Positions 41,871 to 53,227 of a stretch of DNA of 64,000 nucleotides are shown piece by piece. The notes below the pieces were generated by a model. It did not search any database. It had not been told where the DNA came from and was given only the letters and a program-made list of their open reading frames with translations. The stretch comes from Escherichia coli (GTDB lineage: Bacteria; Pseudomonadota; Gammaproteobacteria; Enterobacterales; Enterobacteriaceae): assembly GCF_022846255.1 (NCBI RefSeq), contig NZ_AP025682.1; one strand, written 5' to 3'. Made by a program: the position numbers and the translations under genes. The stretch's first letter is position 1. Every line of letters begins with the position of its first letter.

Positions 41871-42104
41871 TCAGAGGATGGTACCGCCTTTGGTTAACTG
41901 TTCGTGGCGCGCTTCCATATCTTCTTTATGTTTGCGACCGTGATGAGCAATAGCGGTGCGCAAACGCTGCTGCTGGGTGTAGCGATCTTCCCGACTTAAC
42001 TCCGCGTCATCGCTCAGGGCGATTAATAATTCGTTCATATGGGCAATGACGCTCTCTTCAATCGCGGCATCCACGCGCGCGATGACTTCATCCAGATGCG
42101 ACAT
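41871..42104 (-). CDS. ydcY: DUF2526 family protein
   Basis: 77-aa ORF convergent with ydcZ. Confidence 0.8.
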   Translation of the reverse strand: MSHLDEVIARVDAAIEESVIAHMNELLIALSDDAELSREDRYTQQQRLRTAIAHHGRKHKEDMEARHEQLTKGGTIL

Positions 42105-42189
42105 ACTTTCTCCTTAGCCACTTGTGAAATTTATCGATTCATCCAAATGATATAAGTCTGCGTGGTGCCGTCAAGCCAGTGCATAAGAT

Positions 42190-42363
42190 TTAAAACAGAG
42201 AAAACAACAGCGCCACCGGGAAACTCATCGGCCATGTTGCCCCCACCAGAAAGGCGCTTAAGAAACGGATGCGTTTCTTATCGTGAGAAAGAAACCAGGT
42301 GATAAGAAATGCGATTGCTGCCATAACCGCATAAAAAACAAGCATATGTTGATAGAGAGACAT
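42190..42363 (-). CDS. ortT: small membrane toxin OrtT (orphan toxin related to TisB)
   Basis: 57-aa hydrophobic product MSLYQHMLVFYAVMAAIAFLITWFLSHDKK...; track ORF has a 22-codon upstream extension. Confidence 0.8.
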   Translation of the reverse strand: MSLYQHMLVFYAVMAAIAFLITWFLSHDKKRIRFLSAFLVGATWPMSFPVALLFSLF

Positions 42364-42558
42364 GTACGGGCGTCCAGCCAGATGAATAAAACGCGCGCAA
42401 ATATGCGTCATTTTTTTGACGTGCATCAAGTTTTTTCACCAGTTAGAGAAAAAATCATCAAACAGCAACTTGCCCTTCTCTATCTTCAGAATGAGTATTA
42501 TTGCGGATTTTCTTAACCCGTACTATACACATAGGGGCAATGATAAAAGGTGGCAAAA

Positions 42559-42654
42559 ATGAATGTTTCCAGTAGAACTGTAGTACTGATAAATGTCTTT
42601 GCTGCTGTTGGTTTGTTTACTCTTATCTCTATGAGATTTGGCTGGTTTATTTGA
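42559..42654 (+). CDS. yncL: small protein YncL (31 aa, single TM helix)
   Basis: Hand-translated MNVSSRTVVLINVFAAVGLFTLISMRFGWFI, below the track cutoff; RBS aaaggtgg 8 nt upstream. Confidence 0.7.
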   Translation: MNVSSRTVVLINVFAAVGLFTLISMRFGWFI

Positions 42655-42750
42655 TGTTGTGATTTTGCACGCAGCACGTACTGTCAGAGAAATCAGTGCT
42701 CTGACAGTACGCAAGATCATCTCATACTCTTACGATCTGCAATATTATCC

Positions 42751-44175
42751 TTAATGTTTAACCATGACGTGGCGGACGACGGTGTAATCCTCCAGCCCAT
42801 AAAGTGACATATCCTTGCCGTAACCAGAAAGTTTCTGCCCACCGTGCGGCATTTCACTTACCAGCATGAAATGGGTATTGACCCAGGTACAACCATATTG
42901 CAGCCGCGCGCTGACGCGATGCACCCTGCCCACATCTTTCGTCCATACCGAAGATGCAAGTCCGTACTGGCTGTCATTCGCCCAGTTCACCACCTGTTCT
43001 TCGTTGTCGAAGAGCGTAACACTCACTACCGGACCAAATACCTCTTTTTGCACGATGGCATCGTCCTGTAATGCGCCAGCCAGCAGCGTCGGCGCATAGT
43101 AATAGCCATTACCCTTGCGCTTTTCACCGCCAGTGATCACTTTGATGTGCCCTGTCGCTTTCGCCTCTTCTACCGCCTTGCTGACGCGTTCGAGATGCGC
43201 CAGCGAGCTTAAAGGTCCAAGCTCCGTAGACTCGTCATCCGGCGAACCCGATTTTAACGTTGCCACCGCAGCACCGAGTTTTTCCACCAGCGTATCGTAA
43301 ATGCCTTTTTGCGCGTAGATCCGACAAGCCGCAGTACAATCCTGTCCGGCATTGTAATAGCCAAAAGTACGTACACCTTCGACCACTGCTTCAATATCCG
43401 CATCATCAAAAACAATCACTGGCGCTTTGCCACCAAGTTCCATATGAGTACGCTTAATGGACGGCGCGGTATGGCTGATGATGTGTTCCCCAGTGGCGAT
43501 AGAACCCGTCAGCGACACCATCCGCACTTTGGGATGTCCGGTCAGCGGATCGCCCACCGTTTTGCCTCTGCCAAACAGCACGTTAATCACGCCAGCCGGG
43601 AAGATATCTTTCGCCAGCTCTGCCAACTTCAACGCGGTCAGCGGGGTAATTTCTGATGGTTTAAGCACTACGCAGTTCCCTGCCGCCAGCGCCGGAGCCA
43701 GTTTCCACGCAGCCATCATCAGCGGATAATTCCACGGTGCGATAGAAGCCACGACCCCCAACGGATCGCGACGGATCATCGAAGTATGACCTTCAAGATA
43801 TTCACCTGCCGCCAGACCATTCAGGCAGCGCGCCGCACCGGCGAAAAAGCGAAAGACATCGACAATCGCCGGAATTTCATCATTGAACGCGCGATGCAGC
43901 GGTTTGCCACAATTACGGGACTCCAGTTCGGCAAAAACCTGACCATTTTCTTCAATAACATCAGCCAGTTTCAGCAGGCATTCCGCACGCGCTTTTGGCG
44001 TGGTTTGCCCCCATTCGGCAAATGCTGCATCTGCCGCGCGAACAGCAGCATTGACCTGCTCTGCGGATGCCTCGGCAATCTCCAGTAAAACGTCCCCCGT
44101 TGCCGGATTATAGACAGGCTGTTTTTCCCCTTCGCCGCTAACCAGTTCTCCGTTAATCAGTAACTTATGTTGCAT
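42751..44175 (-). CDS. patD: gamma-aminobutyraldehyde dehydrogenase
   Basis: 474-aa aldehyde dehydrogenase beginning [27 protein letters not shown]. Confidence 0.95.
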   Translation of the reverse strand: MQHKLLINGELVSGEGEKQPVYNPATGDVLLEIAEASAEQVNAAVRAADAAFAEWGQTTPKARAECLLKLADVIEENGQVFAELESRNCGKPLHRAFNDEIPAIVDVFRFFAGAARCLNGLAAGEYLEGHTSMIRRDPLGVVASIAPWNYPLMMAAWKLAPALAAGNCVVLKPSEITPLTALKLAELAKDIFPAGVINVLFGRGKTVGDPLTGHPKVRMVSLTGSIATGEHIISHTAPSIKRTHMELGGKAPVIVFDDADIEAVVEGVRTFGYYNAGQDCTAACRIYAQKGIYDTLVEKLGAAVATLKSGSPDDESTELGPLSSLAHLERVSKAVEEAKATGHIKVITGGEKRKGNGYYYAPTLLAGALQDDAIVQKEVFGPVVSVTLFDNEEQVVNWANDSQYGLASSVWTKDVGRVHRVSARLQYGCTWVNTHFMLVSEMPHGGQKLSGYGKDMSLYGLEDYTVVRHVMVKH

Positions 44176-44196
44176 AGCATATTCCTGTATCAGTGG

Positions 44197-44991
44197 TTAT
44201 TGACCATTGTCGCCTTCGCGGGTTAGCCACCAGGCCCCCAGGATCGGCAAGGTTGTTACCAACATAACCAGCAGTGCCACCACGTTGGTTACCGGGACAT
44301 CACGCGGTCGCCCAAGCTGATTGAGCAACCACAACGGTAACGTTCGTTCATGACCTGCCGTAAAAGTCGTCACGATGATTTCATCGAACGACAAGGCAAA
44401 CGCCAGCATTCCTCCAGCCAGTAACGCCGAACTGAGATTCGGCAACACTACGTAGCGGAAGGTTTGCCAGCCATTGGCCCCAAGATCCATTGACGCCTCA
44501 ACCAGACTCCACGAGGTGCGGCGAAAACGGGCGATGACATTGTTAAACACCACCACTACGCAAAAAGTCGCATGACCGACTACGATGGTGAAAAATCCCG
44601 GCTCCAGATTGATGGTTTTAAAAGCGGTTAATAGCGCCAGACCAGTGACAATGCCCGGCAGCGCAATGGGCAGCAGCAGTAACAACGAAATGGCGTTTTT
44701 ACCGAAAAAGTCTCGTCGCCACAGCGCGGCAGCGGCCAGCGTCCCTAACACCAGCGCGATTAATGTCGCCAGCGCCGCCACTTTAAGTGACAGTGTCACG
44801 GCATCAAGAATATCACTACGCTGTGCTGCCACGCTAAACCAGCGCAGCGTCAGGCCTTGCGGTGGAAAACTAAACGCCGCATCTTCAGTGTTAAACGCAT
44901 AAACGGCGATAATCAGAATGGGAAAATGTAAGAAAACCACGCCGCCCCAGGCCGCCAGTTTGAGGAAAAACGGTGCGCGTTCAGAGTGCAT
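44197..44991 (-). CDS. ydcV: polyamine-type ABC transporter permease
   Basis: 264-aa membrane protein in the ydcSTUV operon. Confidence 0.9.
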   Translation of the reverse strand: MHSERAPFFLKLAAWGGVVFLHFPILIIAVYAFNTEDAAFSFPPQGLTLRWFSVAAQRSDILDAVTLSLKVAALATLIALVLGTLAAAALWRRDFFGKNAISLLLLLPIALPGIVTGLALLTAFKTINLEPGFFTIVVGHATFCVVVVFNNVIARFRRTSWSLVEASMDLGANGWQTFRYVVLPNLSSALLAGGMLAFALSFDEIIVTTFTAGHERTLPLWLLNQLGRPRDVPVTNVVALLVMLVTTLPILGAWWLTREGDNGQ

Positions 44992-45922
44992 CGAACGCTC
45001 CCAGACGTTTCACGAACGCCAGGTAAAGTGCGATGAGAACAATCGGCACCAGGGTGAATGCCGCCGCCATCGGCATATTGCCAATCGCCCCCTGCTGGGA
45101 ATAAACCATATTGCCGATAAAATATCCTGGAGGGCCAACCAGCTGCGGGACAATAAAATCGCCCAGCGTGAGTGAGAAGGTAAAGATAGAGCCAGCGGCA
45201 ATACCCGGGATTGCCAGCGGCAGCACCACATAGCGAAAGGTTTGTCGTGGACGTGCGCCAAGATCAGCCGACGCCTGCAACAATGACGGCGGCAAACGCT
45301 CAAGCGCCGCCTGCACCGGGAGGATCATGAACGGCAACCAGATATAGAGAAACACCAGAAAGCGCCCCAGCCCGGAAGTTGACAGCGTATTGCCGCCCAC
45401 CGCCGGTAGCGTGAGGAACGCAGTCAGCAGTGGTTCCAGCCCCAGATGTTGTAAAAACCACTGCGCCACGCCATCTTTTGCCAGCAATAACGTCCAGGCA
45501 TAGGCTTTAACAATGTAGCTCGCCCACATCGGCAACATTACCGCGATATAAAAAAACGCTTTCATTTTTCCGCTGGTATAGCGCGCCATATACCACGCCA
45601 TTGGAAAAGCCAGAATGGCGCTGGCGATAGTGACTGCCACAGCCATGGTCAGCGTGCGGAGAATGATGTCGTAATTCGCCGGATTAAACAGCGCACGGAT
45701 ATTCGCCAGCGTCAGTTCCGGCGTTACCGACATGGTGAAATCGTCAAAGGTATAAAAGCCCTGCCACAACAGCGTCAGCAGCGAGCCGAAATAGACAATG
45801 CCAAACCACATTAGCGGGCCAAGCAGCAGCAAAAACAGCCCCAGCCCCGGATTACGCCAGAAGAAACCGGACACCTTACCCAGACCTGGACGTGAAGGTG
45901 ATTGCAATACGTTCATCGCCAT
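44981..45922 (-). CDS. ydcU: polyamine-type ABC transporter permease
   Basis: 313-aa membrane protein, overlaps ydcV start. Confidence 0.9.
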   Translation of the reverse strand: MAMNVLQSPSRPGLGKVSGFFWRNPGLGLFLLLLGPLMWFGIVYFGSLLTLLWQGFYTFDDFTMSVTPELTLANIRALFNPANYDIILRTLTMAVAVTIASAILAFPMAWYMARYTSGKMKAFFYIAVMLPMWASYIVKAYAWTLLLAKDGVAQWFLQHLGLEPLLTAFLTLPAVGGNTLSTSGLGRFLVFLYIWLPFMILPVQAALERLPPSLLQASADLGARPRQTFRYVVLPLAIPGIAAGSIFTFSLTLGDFIVPQLVGPPGYFIGNMVYSQQGAIGNMPMAAAFTLVPIVLIALYLAFVKRLGAFDAL

Positions 45923-46936
45923 TCACCTCTCCTCAACCAGCGCCACCATCACATCACGCGACCAGGAAACCATCACCTGTTGTCCGGGCGTGAGCGTGGC
46001 AGGCAGTTCTTCGCCTGTCATATTGGCCTGACTCACCAGCAGTTTTTCACCGCCGCTCAGTGTCAGTTCAAAACGAGTTGCCGCGCCCTGATACTGCACC
46101 GCCTGGATCGTGCCATTAGCCTGCATTTCGCCAGGGGTGTTGAGGCGGATATGTTCCGGTCGTAGTGCGAAGCTTCCCGTCATGCCACAAAGTTTCTCTG
46201 CCATCAGTCCATCAAAAACATTCGATGTCCCAACGAATCCCGCAACAAACGGCGTGCGCGGGCGCATATAGAGATCGCGCGGAGAATCGACCTGTTCAAT
46301 GCGTCCATTATTGAAAACCGCCACCCGATCGGACATCGATAACGCTTCGCCCTGATCGTGGGTAACGAAGATAAAAGTGATACCGAGAGACTGTTGCAGC
46401 TTTTTCAGCTCAAGCTGCATTTGCTCTCGCAATTTGAGATCCAGCGCGCCGAGCGGTTCATCCAGCAACAACACACGCGGTTCGTTCACCAGTGCTCTGG
46501 CGATGGCGACTCGCTGGCGCTGACCACCAGAAAGTTGTGACGGTTTACGTTGCTGTACAAACCCCAACGCCACTTTCTCAAGCGCCTCTTGCGCCATTGC
46601 ATGCCGCTGCTTTTTATTCACGCCTTTGACCATCAGCCCGTAGGCTACGTTGTCAAGAATCGACATATGCGGAAATAGCGCGTAGTCCTGGAAGACAGTA
46701 TTCACGTCCCGCTCCCACGGTGGCAGATTGCTGGCGGGCGTACCAAAAATAGAGATAGCCCCGCCGGAAAGCTGTTCGAATCCAGCAATCAGGCGCAGGC
46801 AAGTGGTTTTGCCGGAGCCGGACGGCCCCAGCATAGAGAAGAACTCACCATCTTTTATCGCAATACTGACGCCATCTACTGCGCGCACGTCACCGTACAA
46901 CCGTGAGACGTTGTCAAACTCCACTGCGTACGTCAT
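45923..46936 (-). CDS. ydcT: polyamine-type ABC transporter ATP-binding protein
   Basis: 337 aa with Walker A GPSGSGKT and signature LSGGQRQR. Confidence 0.9.
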   Translation of the reverse strand: MTYAVEFDNVSRLYGDVRAVDGVSIAIKDGEFFSMLGPSGSGKTTCLRLIAGFEQLSGGAISIFGTPASNLPPWERDVNTVFQDYALFPHMSILDNVAYGLMVKGVNKKQRHAMAQEALEKVALGFVQQRKPSQLSGGQRQRVAIARALVNEPRVLLLDEPLGALDLKLREQMQLELKKLQQSLGITFIFVTHDQGEALSMSDRVAVFNNGRIEQVDSPRDLYMRPRTPFVAGFVGTSNVFDGLMAEKLCGMTGSFALRPEHIRLNTPGEMQANGTIQAVQYQGAATRFELTLSGGEKLLVSQANMTGEELPATLTPGQQVMVSWSRDVMVALVEER

Positions 46937-46953
46937 AAAACACCCCAGCGAAG

Positions 46954-48099
46954 TTAGCGACCGCCCATAATGGCAATGTAATCCTGCGTCCAGCGACTGT
47001 AGGGAACAAACTTGCCCCCTTCTGCTATAGGCGTTTTCCAGAAGGCGATTTTATCGAAATAGTTAAAACCGTTTGTTTCACAACCTTTCTCGCCTAATAA
47101 CGGACTGGCTTTACACCCTTGCGGCACTACTGGTAACGAGCCAAACCAGGCCGCCACATCGCCCTGCACTTTTGGGGTTAATGACCAGTTCATCCATTTG
47201 TAGGCGCAAACCGGATGTTTCGCTTCGCTATGTAGCATGGTGGTGTCAGCCCAACCGGTAACGCCCTCCTTCGGGAAAACGGTAGCGACAGGCTGGCCTT
47301 CGGCTTTCAGGGCGTTGGCCTGATAGGGCCATGCACTGGAAGCCACCACACCCTCGTTTTTGAAATCGCTCATTTGCACGGTAGTGTCATGCCAGTAGCG
47401 ATGGATCAAATTATGTTGATCGCGCAGCACTTTCAGCACCGCCTGATACTGTTCTTCGGTGAGTTGATACGGATCACTGATGCCCAACTGTGGCTGCGTG
47501 GCTTTGACGAACAACGCGGCATCCGCAATGTAGATAGGGCCATCATAAGCCTGTACCCGGCCTTTATTGCTCTTGCCGTCCGGCAGATTCTGCTCAACAA
47601 AAACCACTTGCCAGCTATCCGGCGGCGTCGGGAAGGTTTTAGTGTTGTACATCAGCAGGTTCGGCCCCCATTGGTAAGGTGTGCCGTAAACTTTGCCACC
47701 AACGTTAAACCAGTCGCCTTTAACCACGCGCGGATCGAGCGCTTTCCAGTTGGGAATCAAGGCGGTATTAATTGGCTGCACGCGTTTGCCCATAATCAAA
47801 CGCAGCGAGGCATCGCCGGATGCCGTAACCAGATCGTAACCCCCTTTGGCCATCAGACTGACCATTTCATCGGAAGTCGCGGCGGTTTTAACATTCACCG
47901 CGCAGCCTGTCTCTTTTTCGAATTGCGTTACCCAGTCGTACTGTTTATCAGTTTGTCCGCGTTCGATGTATCCCGGCCAGGCGATAATATCCAGTCGCCC
48001 TTCCGGATTCTCTAAATTGGTAGGCGGTTCGGCGGCGTGAGCGGTCATTATTGTCATGCTGAGCGCACACAGGCTGCTGCGGGCAAATGTCTTGCTCAT
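46954..48099 (-). CDS. ydcS: periplasmic polyamine-binding protein (also reported as PHB synthase)
   Basis: 381 aa with signal peptide; PotD/PotF-like. Confidence 0.9.
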   Translation of the reverse strand: MSKTFARSSLCALSMTIMTAHAAEPPTNLENPEGRLDIIAWPGYIERGQTDKQYDWVTQFEKETGCAVNVKTAATSDEMVSLMAKGGYDLVTASGDASLRLIMGKRVQPINTALIPNWKALDPRVVKGDWFNVGGKVYGTPYQWGPNLLMYNTKTFPTPPDSWQVVFVEQNLPDGKSNKGRVQAYDGPIYIADAALFVKATQPQLGISDPYQLTEEQYQAVLKVLRDQHNLIHRYWHDTTVQMSDFKNEGVVASSAWPYQANALKAEGQPVATVFPKEGVTGWADTTMLHSEAKHPVCAYKWMNWSLTPKVQGDVAAWFGSLPVVPQGCKASPLLGEKGCETNGFNYFDKIAFWKTPIAEGGKFVPYSRWTQDYIAIMGGR

Positions 48100-48343
48100 A
48101 AGGTCTTACTCCTGTCGTAATTAATTGTTCAGCCGCCGTGCCGTAAAAATATCTCCTTGTTTAACCATAGACGGCGGCTTGCAGGCACACCTTCGGCCCT
48201 GAGAAAATTTAATCAGGTTGTGAGCTACCGCGCATTATGCCGTCTGTAAGGTTATCTTCTGGAGTATAGACAAGGAGTTAGGATATATGACTGCTATTCG
48301 AAATTCATATTACCCAACCTGAGAGGAATTAAATTAAACGCTA

Positions 48344-49750
48344 TTACAGCCGTTCTTGAATAAGTTTGCCTAATTGTTTTACCGCCTGTTCTTCACGTTC
48401 TCCCCACTGCCACGCGGTATTAAAACGAAAAAAACGTGACCAGTTTTCACCGGTAGAAAACATATTACCCGGCGCAATACTGATATGATGCGTCAGTGCC
48501 ACCAGGCTTAATTCTCCTGCATCTAACGGCTCGGGGAGCTCCAGCCAGAGAAAATAACCGCTGTCATTGTGATGAATTTTGACTTCCGCAGGCAGATAAC
48601 GCAGCAAAGCCTGCCAGGCGCGTTGTTTACGTTCCGCAAGCTGGCGACGCAGGCGACGAAGATGAGCATCGTATCGGCGAGTAGAAAGGTAATCCACCAG
48701 CGCAAGCTGCATCGGTGAGCTGGTGGAAAGCGTACTCATCAACTGCAAGCGTTGAATTTTACGTGCATGTTTTCCGGCGGCGACCCAACCAATACGAAAA
48801 CCAGGCACCAGACATTTCGAAAACGAAGAGCAATGCAAAACACCATCGTGGCGATCCCACGCTTTCGCAGGCAGCGGTTTTTCCCGTCCAAAATAAAGTT
48901 CGCTATAAACGTCATCTTCAATCAGCGTTACGTTGTACTGATTGAGCAACGCTACCAGCCGCACTTTTTTCTGCGGCGTTAAGGTAAATCCAAGTGGGTT
49001 CTGGCTATTAGTCATCAGCCAGCACGCTTTCACCGGATACTCCTGCAACGCCAGTTCCAGCGCCTGAAGATCGATCCCTTCTTTAATATCCGTCGCTACC
49101 GATAACGCCTTCAGCCGTAACCGCTCCAGCGCCTGCAACGCGCCGTAGAAACAAGGATTCTCTACTATCACCCAATCGCCCGGTTCAGTGACCGCTTGCA
49201 AACTGAGGTTTAATGCCTCTAACGCCCCGGCGGTAATGACAATTTCATCAGGAGAAATGGTGATGCCCTGTAAGGCATAGCGACGAGCAATAGCCTGACG
49301 CAGTTCTACGTTTCCTGGCGGTAAGTTTTCAATCACGCTCATCGCCGTGGCGGTTTTGCTTACCTGCGCCAGCGAGCGGTTTAGTTGTTGGAGGGGGAAA
49401 AGTCGCGGGTCGGGAAAGGCCGAGGCAAACGGAACTACCGACGGATCACGACTGGCCTGCAACATATCAAAAATATAGGTGTTGATATCGACTGCTTCAT
49501 CTCGTGTGACTGGAATGACTGTCGCTTTCGGCATTTTTATTGCCTGTGGCGCAACGTAATAACCCGATTGCGGTCGCGCGATAATATATCCCTGACTTTC
49601 GAGCAACTGATAGGCATGGCTGACAGTCATAAAGCTCATGCCAGAAAGCGCCACCTGGTCACGCAACGAAGGCAAACGATCGCCGGGTTGCCAGATACCC
49701 GACGCAATCTGCTCGCGTAATTGTTCTGCAAGCTGCTGGTATTTTTTCAT
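48344..49750 (-). CDS. ydcR: MocR-family regulator (GntR HTH fused to aminotransferase-like domain)
   Basis: 468 aa, N-terminal HTH plus PLP-fold domain. Confidence 0.9.
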   Translation of the reverse strand: MKKYQQLAEQLREQIASGIWQPGDRLPSLRDQVALSGMSFMTVSHAYQLLESQGYIIARPQSGYYVAPQAIKMPKATVIPVTRDEAVDINTYIFDMLQASRDPSVVPFASAFPDPRLFPLQQLNRSLAQVSKTATAMSVIENLPPGNVELRQAIARRYALQGITISPDEIVITAGALEALNLSLQAVTEPGDWVIVENPCFYGALQALERLRLKALSVATDIKEGIDLQALELALQEYPVKACWLMTNSQNPLGFTLTPQKKVRLVALLNQYNVTLIEDDVYSELYFGREKPLPAKAWDRHDGVLHCSSFSKCLVPGFRIGWVAAGKHARKIQRLQLMSTLSTSSPMQLALVDYLSTRRYDAHLRRLRRQLAERKQRAWQALLRYLPAEVKIHHNDSGYFLWLELPEPLDAGELSLVALTHHISIAPGNMFSTGENWSRFFRFNTAWQWGEREEQAVKQLGKLIQERL

Positions 49751-49828
49751 TATCGAATCGTAATTATGTGCAGATGATTCGGCAGTCTATATCAGTTGTT
49801 AAAAATGACAACTTTTCATTAACTGTAA

Positions 49829-50032
<204 letters not shown>

Positions 50033-50243
50033 TTCAATAAAGTGATCGTGACTATTTAATGGCGAAGTTTACCTCCGTGTGTAATGTGCTCGAAAATAGC
50101 ACTAAATCGCCGCAACGGCAGAATGCAATGCAAAATCAGGAAGGAAGATTCCAGAATTTCTTTGCTCTAATTTGCAAAACTGAATAATAACCTCAAGAAA
50201 CGATCGGCATCATAGCGGCAAAAGGTTAGAAAAAGGTGGCGGG

Positions 50244-50474
50244 ATGTTTTCGAAGGCGTTATCGGTTGTCTTATTAACGTGTGCACTGTTCTCAGGACAA
50301 CTCATGGCAGGGCACAAAGGACATGAATTTATGTGGGTAAAGAATGTGGATCATCAGCTGCGTCATGAAGCGGACAGCGATGAATTGCGTGCTGTGGCGG
50401 AAGAGTCGGCGGAAGGTTTGCGCGAGCATTTTTACTGGCAAAAATCGCGCAAACCAGAAGCGGGACAGCGTTGA
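50244..50474 (+). CDS. yncJ: small exported protein YncJ
   Basis: 76 aa with signal peptide, ...AGHKGHEFMWVKNVDHQLRHEADSDELRAV... Confidence 0.85.
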   Translation: MFSKALSVVLLTCALFSGQLMAGHKGHEFMWVKNVDHQLRHEADSDELRAVAEESAEGLREHFYWQKSRKPEAGQR

Positions 50475-50484
50475 GTCGTGTGTT

Positions 50485-50515
50485 GCCGGATGCGGCGTGA
50501 CACCTTACCCGGCAG
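50485..50515. repeat. REP element downstream of yncJ
   Basis: tgccggatgcggcgtgacaccttacccggca, REP consensus. Confidence 0.5.
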
Positions 50516-50565
50516 GCAATATCATGCAGATTTGATGAGTGGTGAGTAACCCGAAAACTGGCGTT

Positions 50566-52569
50566 TTACCCTTTTCGCTTCGGCAATGTTTTCAGCAGAT
50601 CATCCGGACTTACGGATGCCACTACGCTTCCCGGTAACGGCATTTTCAGTATGTGATTTTTGATTTTGCCAATGACGTGCATCTCGCATGGGCGGCAATC
50701 AAACTTTAGCGTTAATACTTCATCGCCGTTAACCAGTTGCATTGGCGTCGCCTTCCAGCTTTTGATATTGCCTTTCGCCTGTTTCGGGCACAGATTGAAG
50801 GCAAAGCGCAGACAATGCTTGGTGATCATCACCGGGACTTCGCCCTTCTCTTCATGTGCCTCATACGCCGCGTCAATCAGTTGCACACCATAGCGATGAT
50901 AAAATTCACGCGCTTTCTGGTTGTATACGTTCGCGAGGAAACTCAGATGCGTTTGCGGATAAACCGGCGCAGGATCAGCAACCGGTTTACGGCTGCCGCG
51001 CTGGTAACTGGCAAGACGCGCAGCATCAAGCATATCGGCGGCTTCACGGCGGAACTGGTTTAACAGACTGTTTGGTACAAACAGCGCCCCCGGCAAATTA
51101 ATTTGCACATTGCGGGCGTAATAGATGGTTTGCCCCAGTTTTGCCAGACCATCCTTCAGATTGTTCATTGCTTTTTCGGCGTTATTGGCTTCGTCGAACT
51201 GCCCGTCCAGCGTATGTGTGATGCTGACACCCTCTTCACTGGTGAGGGTCAGAATCAGTTGTTCCTGCCAGCCGCCCAGTTCAATGTCTACCGCCACCCG
51301 GCGTTCGCTGGAGGTTTTTGTCAGTGCCTGCTGCCAGTTATGATCAAGATTTCGGTTTAGTGGGTGATGCGGGCGAATTTTGTGCAAATCTGCTGGCATT
51401 TCATTGGGCCAGACGCGGTACTGATTTTCTCCGGTTTTCTCTACCGTATTAGCACGAAAACCGACGACTTCACGTTTAATCATCACGTTCAGGCCATCGC
51501 CATTTGCCAGTGGCTCGGTAACGGCAACATCAATATGATCTTTCGCTACTTTCAATACTTCGCCCACCGGCAGGCCGATAAATTTCGGCGAATCGAACGC
51601 GCCAATATCGCCTTTACGGGCATTCACAAAATAATCTGTGCTACCACGGTGGAAAGTCTTTTCCGTCGATGGAACAAAGAAATGTTCAGTACGACCTGAT
51701 GAAGCGCGCGCCAGATCGCCACGTTCTTCAATAATGGCATCCAGCATCTGACGATAATGGGCGGTGATATTCTTCACGTAGCTCATATCTTTGTAACGCC
51801 CTTCAATCTTGAAGGAGCGTACGCCAGCATCAATCAGCGCGCCGAGGTTGGCAGTCTGATCGTTATCTTTCATCGACAGCAGATGTTTTTCATAGGAAAC
51901 CACCCGCCCCTGATCGTCTTTCAATGTGTATGGCAAACGGCACGCCTGCGAGCAATCGCCACGGTTGGCGCTACGCCCTGTTTGCGCATGAGAAATGTAG
52001 CACTGACCCGAATAGGCCACGCACAATGCGCCATGAATAAAGAATTCAATGGTCGCGTCCGTGGCCTGGTGAATCGCGCGGATCTGCTCAAGATTCAGCT
52101 CTCGCGCCAGCACAATCTGCGTGAAGCCAACATCAGAGAGGAACTTCGCTTTTTCTACTGTACGAATATCGCACTGCGTACTGGCGTGCAGTTCAATCGG
52201 CGGAATATCAAGTTCCAGAATCCCCATATCCTGAACAATCAGCGCATCGACACCGATCTGGTAGAGGTCAGTAATCAGCCGTTGCGCGGGTTCCAGCTCA
52301 TCATCATGCAAAATGGTGTTAAGCGTGACGAAAATTTTTGCACCATAACGATGGGCAAACGGCACCAACTCGGCAATATCTTTCAGGCTATTACTGGCAT
52401 TATGACGGGCACCAAAACCAGGGCCGCCGATATAAACAGCATCGGCACCGTGCAAAATAGCTTCGCGGGCAATGGCGGCATCGCGTGCCGGGCTTAACAG
52501 TTCAAGACGATGAGAAGATACGGTCACTTTCTTATCCAGTAGCTGAAAAATGGCGGCTATTTTAGCCAC
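50566..52569 (-). CDS. ydcP: peptidase U32 family protein (23S rRNA hydroxycytidine synthase RlhA)
   Basis: 667-aa ORF with U32-family features; the true start may be an internal codon. Confidence 0.85.
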   Translation of the reverse strand: MAKIAAIFQLLDKKVTVSSHRLELLSPARDAAIAREAILHGADAVYIGGPGFGARHNASNSLKDIAELVPFAHRYGAKIFVTLNTILHDDELEPAQRLITDLYQIGVDALIVQDMGILELDIPPIELHASTQCDIRTVEKAKFLSDVGFTQIVLARELNLEQIRAIHQATDATIEFFIHGALCVAYSGQCYISHAQTGRSANRGDCSQACRLPYTLKDDQGRVVSYEKHLLSMKDNDQTANLGALIDAGVRSFKIEGRYKDMSYVKNITAHYRQMLDAIIEERGDLARASSGRTEHFFVPSTEKTFHRGSTDYFVNARKGDIGAFDSPKFIGLPVGEVLKVAKDHIDVAVTEPLANGDGLNVMIKREVVGFRANTVEKTGENQYRVWPNEMPADLHKIRPHHPLNRNLDHNWQQALTKTSSERRVAVDIELGGWQEQLILTLTSEEGVSITHTLDGQFDEANNAEKAMNNLKDGLAKLGQTIYYARNVQINLPGALFVPNSLLNQFRREAADMLDAARLASYQRGSRKPVADPAPVYPQTHLSFLANVYNQKAREFYHRYGVQLIDAAYEAHEEKGEVPVMITKHCLRFAFNLCPKQAKGNIKSWKATPMQLVNGDEVLTLKFDCRPCEMHVIGKIKNHILKMPLPGSVVASVSPDDLLKTLPKRKG

Positions 52570-52599
52570 AAGCGCGACGTTGCGAAATAGTTTTCCCGC

Positions 52600-53136
52600 T
52601 TAACTGCGCGGGTAATGGATGAGGGAATGAAAATGTACGGTTTGCTCCCCACCATTACGATAGACATGCGTGACGTCTGCAGCAAATCGAACGCCTTCCC
52701 CACAATTAAGGCTCTGCCATTCACCATCAACACACAGATCAAGTTGTCCATCAATGACGACGACATGTTCGATTACCCCCTTTTCATGGGGCGTCGATTC
52801 GCTTATTGCACCGGGTGCCATCTGAATCGAGAAGTGTTCAAAGCAGAGTTGTGGATCATAAGGAAACAGCGAAGTGATCACCATCGCCTGCCGTTGTGGA
52901 TCATAAACTGAAGGCGTAGAGGACTGCGGCGGAGAAATAAATGTTGAAAATGGCACGTTCAACCCGGTGGCAATTTTCCATAATGTCGCGACCGTCGGGC
53001 TGGATTCATTACGCTCAATCTGCCCTAACATCGCTTTAGAAACGCCCGTCGCTTCTGCCAGTCGCGAAAGACTCCAGCCGCGCTGCTGACGTAGTTGTTT
53101 AAGTGTGGTGGATAAAAAGCGAGCGAGATTTTCCAT
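52600..53136 (-). CDS. ydcN: XRE-HTH / cupin-domain transcriptional regulator (SutR)
   Basis: 178 aa, N-terminal HTH and C-terminal cupin. Confidence 0.85.
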   Translation of the reverse strand: MENLARFLSTTLKQLRQQRGWSLSRLAEATGVSKAMLGQIERNESSPTVATLWKIATGLNVPFSTFISPPQSSTPSVYDPQRQAMVITSLFPYDPQLCFEHFSIQMAPGAISESTPHEKGVIEHVVVIDGQLDLCVDGEWQSLNCGEGVRFAADVTHVYRNGGEQTVHFHSLIHYPRS

Positions 53137-53227
53137 GCGACTCCTCCGGCAAAACGGAAGTTTATCACTTGTGCGTTATAACGGACAAATGCTACGGTAC
53201 CTGTACGTTATAACGCACGAGGTGACT

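Noticed and set aside
50059-50187. 42-codon plus-strand ORF (MAKFTSVCNVLENS...) in the sequence replacing hicA/hicB 5' end
   Set aside because: Short, no RBS, no recognisable family; more likely part of the yncJ promoter region than a gene.
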